DNA of 42,630 nt. Origin: Bacteroidia bacterium. Its GTDB lineage: Bacteria > Bacteroidota > Bacteroidia > JANWVE01. Location of the stretch: assembly GCA_033578305.1 (NCBI GenBank), contig JAVQXK010000001.1, positions 1 to 42,630 on the forward strand, in the 5' to 3' direction. Below are positions 8,308 through 18,279 of this stretch, one piece after another (position 1 is the first letter of the stretch; each line of letters begins with the position of its first letter). The notes under the pieces were generated by a model. The model saw nothing but the letters and a program-made list of their open reading frames with translations. It made no database searches and was not told the origin of the DNA. A program made the position numbers and the translations under genes.

Positions 8308-10683
8308 TTATTGTTTTACTACTTTTAAGGTAGTGATTGGCTTGCCACCTCCTATAATTTGGATAAAATACACCCCTGTTTTTTGATTTTTGAAAATTTG
8401 ACTAAGATTTTGTGAAGCCTGCTCTTGTGTGCCTTCTGTGTGCTGAATAAGTTGCCCTTGGACATTTTGAATTTTGAAGGCATATTTTTGGTTAGGTTCT
8501 AATCCGTCCAAATGAATGACCTCTGCTATTGGGTTAGGGTAGAGGCTAATTTGAGTGTAATTTTGGGCTTTTTCTACAAATGCCACAGGGCTATATTCGT
8601 AGCTACCGTCAAAGTCAATTTGTTTCAAGCGGTAGTAACCTGCCAAAGGATTGTTTATGTTTAAGGTGTAATTTTTAGGTATATTTGTACTGCCTGCACC
8701 GTCAGCAAAGGCAATTTTGGTAAATTCTTTCAAATCGGGGCTAAATTCTATCTCAAAACCTTTGTTGTTGATTTCTTGGGCGGTTTGCCAAGTGAGGCGA
8801 ACTTCGGGGCTTGTCAGATAAGTTCGCTCTGCTTTGAAACTCAGCAAAGTAATGGGTAATTGGGCATTGCTGTCGTTGCCCAAACTCCAAGAGGAGAAGG
8901 TCGTTTGAGCAGAATTAGTGCAAATAGGAGAACCTAAGCTCGTACAACTTACAGAGGTTGCGATAAATTCCCAGCCTAACATACTTGACCAACGATAGAC
9001 ACGATTTAAGGTAAGGCTATTCGGATTTTCCTCTGCGGTAGGCATACGGAAGCCGATAGTGGTTGGGTTAGCTCCTACGCTTGGGCTACTTAATTGATAG
9101 ACTAAACGAATACCTACCCCATTATTTGCAGTATAATGATAACGACGTACTTGCAAATCGTTGTAACTACCCGCAGAGGTTTGCAAATACACACCTAACC
9201 CTGCAATTTGAGTAGTACCAGTATTGACTGTTCTGCCTGTAGCTTCAATGTAGCCGCCTTTCACGCCTGTGTCCGTAGTGGCAGTTAAATCTTTGATAAG
9301 ATGTTGTGAGGCAATATTTTCGGCGATGCTCCCTGTTGAGCCTAAGGATATGTTAAATCCATTTAGGTTCAAATCACCTTGGATAAGGGTAACTGTACCA
9401 CTTACAGTAATATTCTTATTCAAATTTACACGATTAGCGGCCCCTGTATTGATAATGAGGTTGTTCATAGTAGTTACTCCTGTGGGAAAACCTGCATCTT
9501 GGTTGGCACTTGGGTTATTAAATTCATAGTTTGCTCCTGCATTGTAGGTTTGTGTACCTGAAACGATAATACTTGCCGAAACACCACTTGTATTGGCAGT
9601 GCGAAGAGTTGCTCCTGAACCTAATGTGAAACTGCCTGAGCCTAAAACAACTCCTGTGGTGTTGGTGTTGAGAGTTCCATTCACTGTAATATCTGTACCT
9701 GTGCCATCGTTAGCAGTTAAAGTTACACCATTATTCACGGTTAGCGTACCTCCTGAATTTATAGTAAGTTGGTCAAGTGTAATGTTGTTGGTTACGGTTA
9801 TATTGTGTCCATTTTGTATTTGGATTGCATTAGAAGATATGGAAGGGAAAAAGTTTGCATTATACCAAGTAGAGCCATCAAGAGAGGCTTCCCAAGAGGC
9901 GGTAGCGTTCAAGTTACCTGAGGTTTTACTTCTAAACTGCACATCAAGTGGCTGAATTATTAAGTTATCAAAATTCATTGTACCGACTTCACCTGAAAAA
10001 AGAAATTTAATTTGATTGAGGGGAACTGTACTTGTTGTTACAGAGGCTTCATTAAGTTCTCTTGAAGTTCCAACCCAAACGTCCCATCTGTCGTCAGCAA
10101 CTGTTTCACTTGTACCATCTGGAGCTGAGTAAGTTAAAGTAGCCCCTGAGTTGTTAATTACCCATGTAATGGTTTGTGTACCTGAATATGCGTTGGGTGC
10201 ATTTGTACCTCCAGCTACGTCGCGTAATCTAAATTGATTAGCATTTACAAAGTTAAAAGCGAGGCGTGAATGCACATTTGCATTTGGGGGAGTGGCATTA
10301 TCATTTGTTTGGCTTTGACCCACATACATTGTGGCAGCGCTTGTAGCACTTGCAGTAGTGGTAACATTTAAGTCAAATTGAATATGCAAAGCTGATGGTG
10401 TAGGGCTAAAATTTACATTTCTTACAAAAGCACCTGAATTACCTGTTCTTACAAAATTAAGTGTCCCTGATGAAACGTCAATTGTCATTCCTATACCTGA
10501 TGATGCCAAAGCGGTAAACTGTGTATTATTGGGTGTAGCACTTGCGTACGTACCTGTTGTAACGGTAGAGTTGCTAAAAGAAGCTAGGTTCGTACTAAAA
10601 TCTTGAACTAATAACTGCCCCCAAGCCGTGTTCACGAGCAGAACTAAAACCAAAACCCAAAGACCTTGTAAAAAAGATTTCAT
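8308..10683 (-). CDS. Large secreted protein with beta-helix-like Thr/Asn/Gly-rich repeats and a C-terminal T9SS (Por) sorting domain
   Basis: N-terminal signal peptide. Long runs of TLTVNNGVTLTANDGTGTDITVNGTLN-type repeats. The C-terminus (ISLYPNPIAEVIHLDG...GVYFIQIIGGGKPITTLKVVKQ) is typical of a T9SS C-terminal domain. Confidence 0.75.
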   Translation of the reverse strand: MKSFLQGLWVLVLVLLVNTAWGQLLVQDFSTNLASFSNSTVTTGTYASATPNNTQFTALASSGIGMTIDVSSGTLNFVRTGNSGAFVRNVNFSPTPSALHIQFDLNVTTTASATSAATMYVGQSQTNDNATPPNANVHSRLAFNFVNANQFRLRDVAGGTNAPNAYSGTQTITWVINNSGATLTYSAPDGTSETVADDRWDVWVGTSRELNEASVTTSTVPLNQIKFLFSGEVGTMNFDNLIIQPLDVQFRSKTSGNLNATASWEASLDGSTWYNANFFPSISSNAIQIQNGHNITVTNNITLDQLTINSGGTLTVNNGVTLTANDGTGTDITVNGTLNTNTTGVVLGSGSFTLGSGATLRTANTSGVSASIIVSGTQTYNAGANYEFNNPSANQDAGFPTGVTTMNNLIINTGAANRVNLNKNITVSGTVTLIQGDLNLNGFNISLGSTGSIAENIASQHLIKDLTATTDTGVKGGYIEATGRTVNTGTTQIAGLGVYLQTSAGSYNDLQVRRYHYTANNGVGIRLVYQLSSPSVGANPTTIGFRMPTAEENPNSLTLNRVYRWSSMLGWEFIATSVSCTSLGSPICTNSAQTTFSSWSLGNDSNAQLPITLLSFKAERTYLTSPEVRLTWQTAQEINNKGFEIEFSPDLKEFTKIAFADGAGSTNIPKNYTLNINNPLAGYYRLKQIDFDGSYEYSPVAFVEKAQNYTQISLYPNPIAEVIHLDGLEPNQKYAFKIQNVQGQLIQHTEGTQEQASQNLSQIFKNQKTGVYFIQIIGGGKPITTLKVVKQ

Positions 10684-10941
10684 AAGCCTAACGAAAAAAA
10701 AGGTTGTATAAAAGTATTTTCTTGAAATATTAGCACAAAATTATGGCTTTATGAGGTGTTTTTCGTAAGCAAAAAGTATATTTAACAAAATGATAACTTA
10801 CGTAACATTGGCTTAATGCTTTGGGAATTAAAAAGTATGCTATTAACCGTCATTTTTTTGAGTTTTGTAGTTTAGAGAAGTAGTAAATATTCAAAAAGCG
10901 GTAAGTTTTTTGTTACTTTGTGCGGGTTTTGCATGAAAGGT

Positions 10942-10953
10942 TTATATTTGCAC
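10942..10953 (+). promoter_or_regulatory. Putative -7 promoter box TATATTTGCACG for nuoL
   Basis: Exact TAnnTTTG match, 41 bp upstream of ATG 10994. A TTTG lies 12 bp upstream of it. The same 15-mer GTTTATATTTGCACG recurs at 35892-35906. Confidence 0.5.
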
Positions 10954-10993
10954 GTGAAAAACAATATTTTACCTTTTTAGATAAAGCCTTACT

Positions 10994-12919
10994 ATGAATT
11001 ACAAACTACTAATTAGCCTTATTCCTGCCCTTCCGTTATTAGGTTTTATTCTCAATGGGTTGCTTTTTCGCAAAATTGCCAAGCCGTTGGTGGGCATCAT
11101 TGCGGTAGTTGCTTCGGCAAGTACTTTCATTATTTCGCTTGTGTTGTTCAATGCGTTTATAAGCGGTGGCAGCCAACCTATTACCCTAACTTTGTTTGAT
11201 TGGATTAGCGTAGGGAAATTCAAAATTTCGTTTTCATTTCTTATTGACCAACTTTCGCTCTTAATGCTTTTATTCGTTACGGGTGTAGGTTCACTTATTC
11301 ATATCTACTCTATCGGTTATATGGGCGAAGACGAGGGCTACGGCAAGTTTATGGCTTTTTTGAACTTGTTTATGTTCTCTATGCTTTTGCTCATTTTAGG
11401 CTCAAACTATGTCATAATGTTTATTGGTTGGGAAGGTGTAGGTTTGTGTTCTTATCTTTTAATCGGTTTTTGGAATAAAAATACGGCATACAACTATGCA
11501 GCACGCAAAGCCTTTGTTATGAACCGTATCGGCGATTTGGGCTTTTTGTTGGGCATATTTTTTATCATCCAGCAATTTAATACAGTAGAATACAGCGAAG
11601 TATTTAAGAAAGCGGCAGAGATATTCAAAATGAACGATAGCTTAATGATAGCTATTACGTTGCTGCTTTTTGTTGGGGCAGTGGGTAAATCGGCACAAAT
11701 TCCGCTTTATACTTGGTTACCCGATGCGATGGCGGGTCCTACGCCTGTTTCCGCTTTGATACACGCTGCCACGATGGTTACAGCAGGGATTTACATGGTA
11801 GTGCGTTCTAATGTACTTTATACTTTGGCACCGTTTACGTTGAGTGTAGTGGCAGTTGTTGGCTTGGCAACGGCACTGTTAGCCGCTACGATAGGTATTT
11901 TCCAAAACGATATAAAAAAGGTATTGGCATATTCTACTGTAAGCCAGTTGGGTTATATGTTTTTAGGTTTAGGGGTAATGGCTTATAGCGCGGCATTATT
12001 TCACGTTATTACCCATGCTTTTTTCAAGGCATTGCTTTTTTTGGGTGCAGGAAGTGTAATTCATGCTTTGCACCACGAGCAAGATATTAGAAATATGGGA
12101 GGCTTGGGCAAACATATCAAAATTACATATTTCACCTTTTTTGTTGGTACATTAGCTATTGCAGGTATTCCACCTTTTGCGGGCTTTTTTTCCAAAGATG
12201 AAATTTTGATGCACGTATTTGAAAAAAATACGTTTATGTGGGGGCTTGCCGTTGTGGGTTCTGCCTTAACTTCGTTTTATATGTTTCGCTTGCTTTTCCT
12301 TACTTTTTCGGGCAAATTTAGAGGTACACACGAGCAAGAGCACCATATCCATGAATCACCTTGGGTGATGACTTTGCCCTTAATTATTTTGGCAATTCTT
12401 TCAACAGTGGGTGGTTTTATTGGTATTCCTGCGGTATTTGCTGAAAATGCCAATTGGTTAGGCAATTTTATGAAGCCGTTTTTTGCCTTATCGCAAAAGG
12501 TTAATCCCGCGGCATTTGAGCCCTCGCATTTGAGTCATGCCCAAGAGTTTGGTTTAATGGGCGTTTCGGTAGGGGTTGCTCTTATTTCGTTGGTGTTGGC
12601 ATATATGTTCTTTGTGGCTCAAAAACAGGTGCCACCCGCAGACGAAAAAATGCAAGGCTTTCCCAAGTTGGTCTATCAAAAATATTATGTTGATGAAATT
12701 TATGATTTCTTAATTGTCAGACCCTGTGAATGGCTTTCAGTGAAATTTCACCAATTTGTAGAGGTGTATATAATAGATATGCTTGTTATGCAAGCGGGGA
12801 TTACAGTCAAAGAAATGAGTGATGTACTTCGCTATATTCAGACGGGAAAGGTAGGTTTATATATCTTGGCAATGGTATTAGGGATGGCAGTCATTCTTTT
12901 TGTGCAATTTTTTGGATAG
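10994..12919 (+). CDS. nuoL: NADH-quinone oxidoreductase subunit L
   Basis: 641 aa polytopic membrane protein with ND5/NuoL motifs (WEGVGLCSYLLIGFW, the amphipathic lateral-helix region, etc.). Confidence 0.9.
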   Translation: MNYKLLISLIPALPLLGFILNGLLFRKIAKPLVGIIAVVASASTFIISLVLFNAFISGGSQPITLTLFDWISVGKFKISFSFLIDQLSLLMLLFVTGVGSLIHIYSIGYMGEDEGYGKFMAFLNLFMFSMLLLILGSNYVIMFIGWEGVGLCSYLLIGFWNKNTAYNYAARKAFVMNRIGDLGFLLGIFFIIQQFNTVEYSEVFKKAAEIFKMNDSLMIAITLLLFVGAVGKSAQIPLYTWLPDAMAGPTPVSALIHAATMVTAGIYMVVRSNVLYTLAPFTLSVVAVVGLATALLAATIGIFQNDIKKVLAYSTVSQLGYMFLGLGVMAYSAALFHVITHAFFKALLFLGAGSVIHALHHEQDIRNMGGLGKHIKITYFTFFVGTLAIAGIPPFAGFFSKDEILMHVFEKNTFMWGLAVVGSALTSFYMFRLLFLTFSGKFRGTHEQEHHIHESPWVMTLPLIILAILSTVGGFIGIPAVFAENANWLGNFMKPFFALSQKVNPAAFEPSHLSHAQEFGLMGVSVGVALISLVLAYMFFVAQKQVPPADEKMQGFPKLVYQKYYVDEIYDFLIVRPCEWLSVKFHQFVEVYIIDMLVMQAGITVKEMSDVLRYIQTGKVGLYILAMVLGMAVILFVQFFG

Positions 12920-12946
12920 AAGTATGTAGTTTTCTGAAAATAAGCA

Positions 12947-13270
12947 ATGATTACCAAACGCAAAGTACCCAAAAATTTGGTTTATGAAATTGCCGAAGGA
13001 AAACCTATTTTTTACAAAGGCTATAAAGAAGCATTACAAAATAAAAAAAGCATAGAAAATGTAGTGGGTTCAAGTGCTTTGCAAAGTTTTATCATTGGAA
13101 AATTATCAGGATTTTTATGGCAAAAACTTAGCAAAGACTATCAAATTTTTACCAACGAAGTAGGTATTCAATTAGAGAAAAGTACACGTACTTGTAATAT
13201 AGCTATTTTTGAAAAAATACAATTACAAGGCTATGTTTTGCAGGAATTGATAGATTTGCAGAAAAACTAA
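12947..13270 (+). CDS. Short Uma2-family (DUF820-like) putative endonuclease ORF, probably truncated
   Basis: 107 aa. YEIAEGKPIF... and ...CNIAIFEKIQL resemble the N-terminal half of Uma2-family proteins (the YELIDGEL and PDvAvf regions). The C-terminal half is missing. It sits between nuoL and nuoM. Confidence 0.35.
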   Translation: MITKRKVPKNLVYEIAEGKPIFYKGYKEALQNKKSIENVVGSSALQSFIIGKLSGFLWQKLSKDYQIFTNEVGIQLEKSTRTCNIAIFEKIQLQGYVLQELIDLQKN

Positions 13271-13302
13271 AAAATATATGCAGAAACATAACTGAATAAA
13301 AT

Positions 13303-14745
13303 ATGCTCATTCTTATACTCATTCCGCTCCTTGCGGGAATAATTACCGCCTTTTTGAGAGGTGAAAATGCCAAAAAAATTGCTTTTGGTTTTGCCCTAAC
13401 CGAATTTGCCGTTTCGCTTTACTATGTTGCAAATTTTAATAGCACCCAAGGGCTACAATTTGTTACCAATGTACCTTGGATAAAAACCTTAGGCATCAAT
13501 TTTTACGTAGGTGTAGATGGTATAAGCATTTTGCTAGTACTACTCACTACCTTGTTAGTACCGTTCATTATCCTTTCTACTTGGGGCAAAGACTATAAAA
13601 ATCCTGCCACGTTTTCGGCACTAATTTTATTCATGGAAAGTGCTTTGGTAGGTGTGTTTACGGCACAAGATGCTTTTTTGTATTATCTTTTTTGGGAAGC
13701 AGCCCTGATTCCTGTCTATTTTTTAGCGGCAATTTGGGGCGGAGAAAATCGCATACAAGTTACATTTAAGTTTTTTATTTATACCGTATTCGGTAGCTTG
13801 TTTATGCTTATTTCCTTGATTTACTTGTATTTACAAACTCCACTTCCCCACACAGCTGATATTGCAGCTTATACCAAACTCAACCTCACACCTGAAGTGC
13901 AAAGCTATTTATTTTGGGGCTTGTTTATTGCCTTTGCTATCAAAATGCCGATATTTCCTTTTCATACTTGGCAACCTGACACTTACACTATCGCACCCAC
14001 ACCTGCTACTATGTTGCTCTCGGGCATTATGCTCAAAATGGGGATTTATAGCTTATTTCGTTGGCTTTTACCGATTGTCCCCAAAGGTGTAGAAATGTGG
14101 GCAACTCCTGTTATCATTTTAGCTATTATTGGCATTGTTTATGGGGCAATTATTGCCATTAGGCAACAAGACATGAAACGCTTACTAGCCTACTCGTCTT
14201 TTTCTCACGTAGGACTCATGGCAGCAGGTGTATTTTGCCTCAATGCCCAAGCCTTGCAAGGAGCGTTGGTGCAAATGTTGGCACACGGTATCAATGTAGT
14301 AGGCTTGTTTTATGTAGTAGAATTGATTTACCAACGTACAAATAGCCGACAAATCAACGAATTAGGTGGAATTACCCAAACTACGCCTATTCTTACGGTG
14401 TATTTTACCATTTTACTATTAGGAAGTGTGGCTTTACCTCTTACCAACGGCTTTGTGGGCGAATTTTTGCTACTTTCGGGCTTATTCCAAAAAAATGTTT
14501 GGTTAGCTGCAGTAGCAGGGCTAACAATTATTTTTGGTGCAGTGTATATGCTCAGAATGTTCCAAGGTGTGATGTTTGGTGAAAAAACCGAGCATACCCA
14601 AAATATCAAAGATTTGAGCCTCACCGAAAATTTAGTATTATTGCCCTTGGTAATTTTGGTTTTCTGGATAGGTATGTACCCAAGTACTTTTTTGAATCTA
14701 ACCGAACCCGCAGTACAAGCTATGCTCAAAGCGATTACAAAATAA
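13303..14745 (+). CDS. nuoM: NADH-quinone oxidoreductase subunit M
   Basis: 480 aa polytopic antiporter-like subunit with ND4/NuoM features (FFLAAIWGGENR, FPFHTWQPDTY). Confidence 0.9.
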   Translation: MLILILIPLLAGIITAFLRGENAKKIAFGFALTEFAVSLYYVANFNSTQGLQFVTNVPWIKTLGINFYVGVDGISILLVLLTTLLVPFIILSTWGKDYKNPATFSALILFMESALVGVFTAQDAFLYYLFWEAALIPVYFLAAIWGGENRIQVTFKFFIYTVFGSLFMLISLIYLYLQTPLPHTADIAAYTKLNLTPEVQSYLFWGLFIAFAIKMPIFPFHTWQPDTYTIAPTPATMLLSGIMLKMGIYSLFRWLLPIVPKGVEMWATPVIILAIIGIVYGAIIAIRQQDMKRLLAYSSFSHVGLMAAGVFCLNAQALQGALVQMLAHGINVVGLFYVVELIYQRTNSRQINELGGITQTTPILTVYFTILLLGSVALPLTNGFVGEFLLLSGLFQKNVWLAAVAGLTIIFGAVYMLRMFQGVMFGEKTEHTQNIKDLSLTENLVLLPLVILVFWIGMYPSTFLNLTEPAVQAMLKAITK

Positions 14746-14810
14746 TTTTTGAACTTATTTGAACTAAATAATTAGAACTATCTTGAAACTTTGAATAAAT
14801 TGGAATAAAT

Positions 14811-16208
14811 ATGCTACCTATCATACTGCTTTCTGTCTTTGGCATTATCAATTTGTTTTTGGGCTTTCTCAAAAATAGAAATATTTTGCTCATAGCCGCT
14901 TTTACTTTTACATTCATTACTTTGGTAGTCAATTTTTTAGATTGGAACAAGCCAATTATTGAATTTGATAAAGCCATTAACAACAACATGATGTCCACAG
15001 ACAACATTTCCATTTTGTTTAGTGGCATTTTGTTGCTGACTACTTTGCTGCTTTTACCCCTTTCACAAAAATATTTAAGTGAAAAAGAAGCACAACCTGC
15101 CGAATACTATGCCATTTTGCTTTTTTCGTTAGTTGGGGCAGTTATGATGGTAAGCTATGAAAATATGCTTATGCTTTTTGTAGGGGTAGAAATTTTGTCA
15201 ATTTCTATGTATGTACTCACGGGAAGCGACAAACGCAACCTTAAATCGAACGAGGCAGCATTGAAATACTTTTTAATGGGTGCTTTTGCCACAGGTTGGC
15301 TCTTATTTGGAATTGCATTTATCTATGGCTCTACGGGTGGGTTTAGCCTTACTGAAATACGAAACTTTGTGGGGGCAGGAGGAATTACAGACAACCTATT
15401 CAAATTAGGGATAGCCATGCTTTTGATAGGAATTTTGTTCAAAGTCTCAGCCGCCCCCTTTCATTTCTGGACACCTGACGTATATGAAGGCGCACCCTCG
15501 TTTTTTACGGCTTTTATGTCCACCATAGTCAAAACAGCAGGTTTTGCGGCATTGTACAAAGTTATCCTCGCTATTACTGCCACCTCTGCGGTGTATAGTT
15601 TTTGGTACTATGCCTTTTGGCTAATTACGGTATTAACTTTACTTATTGGGAATGTAACCGCTGCCTATCAAGACAATTTCAAGCGAATGATGGCTTATTC
15701 TAGTATCTCTCATGCGGGCTATTTGTTACTAGCCGTTCTTTCGTTGGTAGCACGTTCTCAGGAAAGTATTTTGTTTTATTCACTTTCCTATTCTTTGGCT
15801 ACGGTTTCAGCTTTTGGCGTATTGATTTTAGTAACCTATCCTAAAAAATCCGAAAGTTTTGATAGCTTTAATGGTTTAGCCCAAAAAAATCCGTTTTTAG
15901 CCTTTGTCATGACAGTAGCTATGCTTTCTTTGGCAGGAATTCCGCTTACGGCAGGATTTATTGGCAAGTTACAAATCTTTTCAGTAGCCTTTGAACGCGG
16001 TATGTACTCTATGCTTGTGTTTGCAGTGCTCATGTCTTCTGTTGGGATTTATTACTATTTTAAGGTAATTATTGCGATGTATCTTAAAGAAAGCAATAAT
16101 GAAAAAATTGAAGTAAGTACACCCTTTATTTTTACCTTACTAATTACTACCTTGCTGACTATCATCTTAGGTCTATCGCCAGATATATTTTTAGGACTAC
16201 TACGGTAA
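14811..16208 (+). CDS. nuoN: NADH-quinone oxidoreductase subunit N
   Basis: 465 aa. ND2/NuoN-like (FHFWTPDVYEGAP, MAYSSISHAGY). Confidence 0.9.
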   Translation: MLPIILLSVFGIINLFLGFLKNRNILLIAAFTFTFITLVVNFLDWNKPIIEFDKAINNNMMSTDNISILFSGILLLTTLLLLPLSQKYLSEKEAQPAEYYAILLFSLVGAVMMVSYENMLMLFVGVEILSISMYVLTGSDKRNLKSNEAALKYFLMGAFATGWLLFGIAFIYGSTGGFSLTEIRNFVGAGGITDNLFKLGIAMLLIGILFKVSAAPFHFWTPDVYEGAPSFFTAFMSTIVKTAGFAALYKVILAITATSAVYSFWYYAFWLITVLTLLIGNVTAAYQDNFKRMMAYSSISHAGYLLLAVLSLVARSQESILFYSLSYSLATVSAFGVLILVTYPKKSESFDSFNGLAQKNPFLAFVMTVAMLSLAGIPLTAGFIGKLQIFSVAFERGMYSMLVFAVLMSSVGIYYYFKVIIAMYLKESNNEKIEVSTPFIFTLLITTLLTIILGLSPDIFLGLLR

Positions 16209-16780
16209 GTTTCAGGTTGGTTTTATCTCAAGACGCTTATCTTAACTTTAATGTTACAAGTTATTTTGATTTTTCTATCTCACATTTTAAGCAAAATTTA
16301 TGTTTATCTTAAGATTTAACTATTGCTTGTAAAAGAAGTCTGCTTATAGTAAGGGCTTTTTTAGTAAATGTTGTGAAAAGTTGCTATAAAAGTAAGAACT
16401 ACCAAATTCTACTACTATCGGCTTTAATATTTATACTCAACTAACGGAGGTTTTGATTTTTTAGAAATCGGAACTGACTGAAAATCAAATTTTATATTTG
16501 GAAAATTTACAAAATCACTTTTTGTTTAATATAAAACATTTTTACTTGCAACAGAAACTTTTGAATATCTCAAATAGAGAACAATATCAACACTTGGAAT
16601 ATGGTATAAAGTTGTAGCCTTAGCCAATTCGTTTAACTTTTCCTAATGATGTATCAATTTTTTCAATGATGTTTTTGTAGCAAATATTTGCCATATTTCT
16701 GGATGTTTATAGTTTTCCTTTTGGTGGCGTTTCTAGTTGTATAAATTGTAGCCCATATATTTGAAAACACCAAAGATAAA

Positions 16781-17959
16781 TCAGGTGTTTGATTCTAACT
16801 GTTCTTTTAGCCTTTTTATTTGAGTTGGTTTTACTTTTAATATTCGGGCAATTTTTTGTGTAGTCATTTTCATATCTAACATCTTTCGGGCTGTACAAAT
16901 TTGTTGCTCTGAAAGTACTATATCATTCGTAGGTATTTTTTTCGTTTTTTTATTGGATTTTGTAGTATTTGTGTTTATTTCTTTTGTTGAGTAAATAGTA
17001 GATGGTGTAATACTTGTGTTTTTCGTAATACTTTCTTGTGTTTGGATATAACCCATGCACAATCCTTCGGCACGTACTTTATGCAAATATGTGTACTGAA
17101 TTTGATAAGCCCGAATATTTAAGATTTCTGCTAAAAGTACTATAATTACTGTAATCCATACATAATTGCTAGTGGTATCTACGTTTGCCAAAATAGCTTT
17201 TTGGTATTTATTTTGGCAGTCCTGCAGGTGTTGTTGATAGGTTTTATTGAGTTGGGCTTTCTCTTCTTGCAGGCGTAAAAGTTGTTTATTTTCCTGTTCT
17301 GTTAACCCCCATCGACGCAATTGAGTATTAGCTTGTAATGCTAATAATTGCGAAATGTGGTAATTAATTTCTTTTAGTTGGGGTTCATATCTACGAGTAA
17401 GGCTATCCTTTTGGATTTGCAATTGTGTACGATAAATTTCCGATTTATCGGAGGTAATGTAACTAACACATGCTCCACCTACTCCACTTAAAACAATAGA
17501 CAAAATGACTAAAATAAGCAAATACAGCTTGTTTTGCCGTTTATTTACATAACTGCTATCGTCTTGATACTTAAATAGTTCTGTTGCATAGTGGCTTTTT
17601 GCTATTTCTACCCCTATAAAAAGCATAATGAGCAAAACTGCACATAAGCCTCCAACTGAAAGCATAAACCAAGTGCTAATGGTCCAAGTCTTTTGTTGCC
17701 AAAAAGTTGTATCAATGCCTGCAAAAATCATAGCTAAGAGTGCGGCAGTTGCCAAGCTCAATACAAATGAAATAGGGTGATACGCTATGCTAAACCAACG
17801 TGCTGCTTGGTATAGCTTCCGTTTACGCAAAGCATAAGGTACGGGGGCTAATAACTGCGCCGCCTCTTGGTAAATGCGCAACTCATGATAAGTTTGCTGT
17901 ACTTGTTCAAAGCTATTTTTAGGACTATGAGATTGTAAAAATGACAGAAAAGGTATCAT
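16781..17959 (-). CDS. Multi-pass membrane protein with a central coiled coil and a C-terminal resolvase/sigma-70-region-4-like HTH
   Basis: Four predicted TM helices (about residues 66-90, 100-125, 145-170 and 265-285). A coiled-coil stretch QLQIQKDSL...QEEKAQLNKTYQQHLQDCQNKYQKA lies between TM3 and TM4. The C-terminus LSEQQICTARKMLDMKMTTQKIARILKVKPTQIKRLKEQL is HTH-like. Transcribed divergently from the MFS transporter. Confidence 0.55.
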   Translation of the reverse strand: MIPFLSFLQSHSPKNSFEQVQQTYHELRIYQEAAQLLAPVPYALRKRKLYQAARWFSIAYHPISFVLSLATAALLAMIFAGIDTTFWQQKTWTISTWFMLSVGGLCAVLLIMLFIGVEIAKSHYATELFKYQDDSSYVNKRQNKLYLLILVILSIVLSGVGGACVSYITSDKSEIYRTQLQIQKDSLTRRYEPQLKEINYHISQLLALQANTQLRRWGLTEQENKQLLRLQEEKAQLNKTYQQHLQDCQNKYQKAILANVDTTSNYVWITVIIVLLAEILNIRAYQIQYTYLHKVRAEGLCMGYIQTQESITKNTSITPSTIYSTKEINTNTTKSNKKTKKIPTNDIVLSEQQICTARKMLDMKMTTQKIARILKVKPTQIKRLKEQLESNT

Positions 17960-18279
17960 AATGAGAAATTGAAGGATTTAACAGTAAAAAGAAATTACCT
18001 TTACAACCGAGGCAAATTTACTCAAAAAAATCTTTATATACAATTTTTGATAATTTTTTTATTTTTTTTTAAGATAAAAACGATAAAAATAGAACTGAAT
18101 GAAAGAAAAAATCTTTTTGATGCTTAGAACAAAACGAATTATCCTACTTTTAGGAATTTTGCAAAGAAACCGTGGTAAAAATGCAAATAGACCTCGTTTT
18201 TTTTCTATTTTTTTGTTTTTTGCTAACTGTTTTGTACTTTGCACCACATTTGAAACACAACACAAAAAGCAAAATACTT

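Noticed and set aside
9269-9955. Three + strand ORFs (60-120 aa) inside the 791-aa T9SS cargo gene
   Set aside because: They are antisense shadows of the repeat-rich - strand gene, with Pro/Val-rich low-complexity translations.
16209-16780. 570-bp ORF-free interval after nuoN, a possible site of an RNA gene or terminator
   Set aside because: I found no convincing stem-loop followed by a T run and no recognisable structured-RNA features (SRP, tmRNA or RNase P boxes). It is left uncalled and would need RNA-seq or Rfam scanning.
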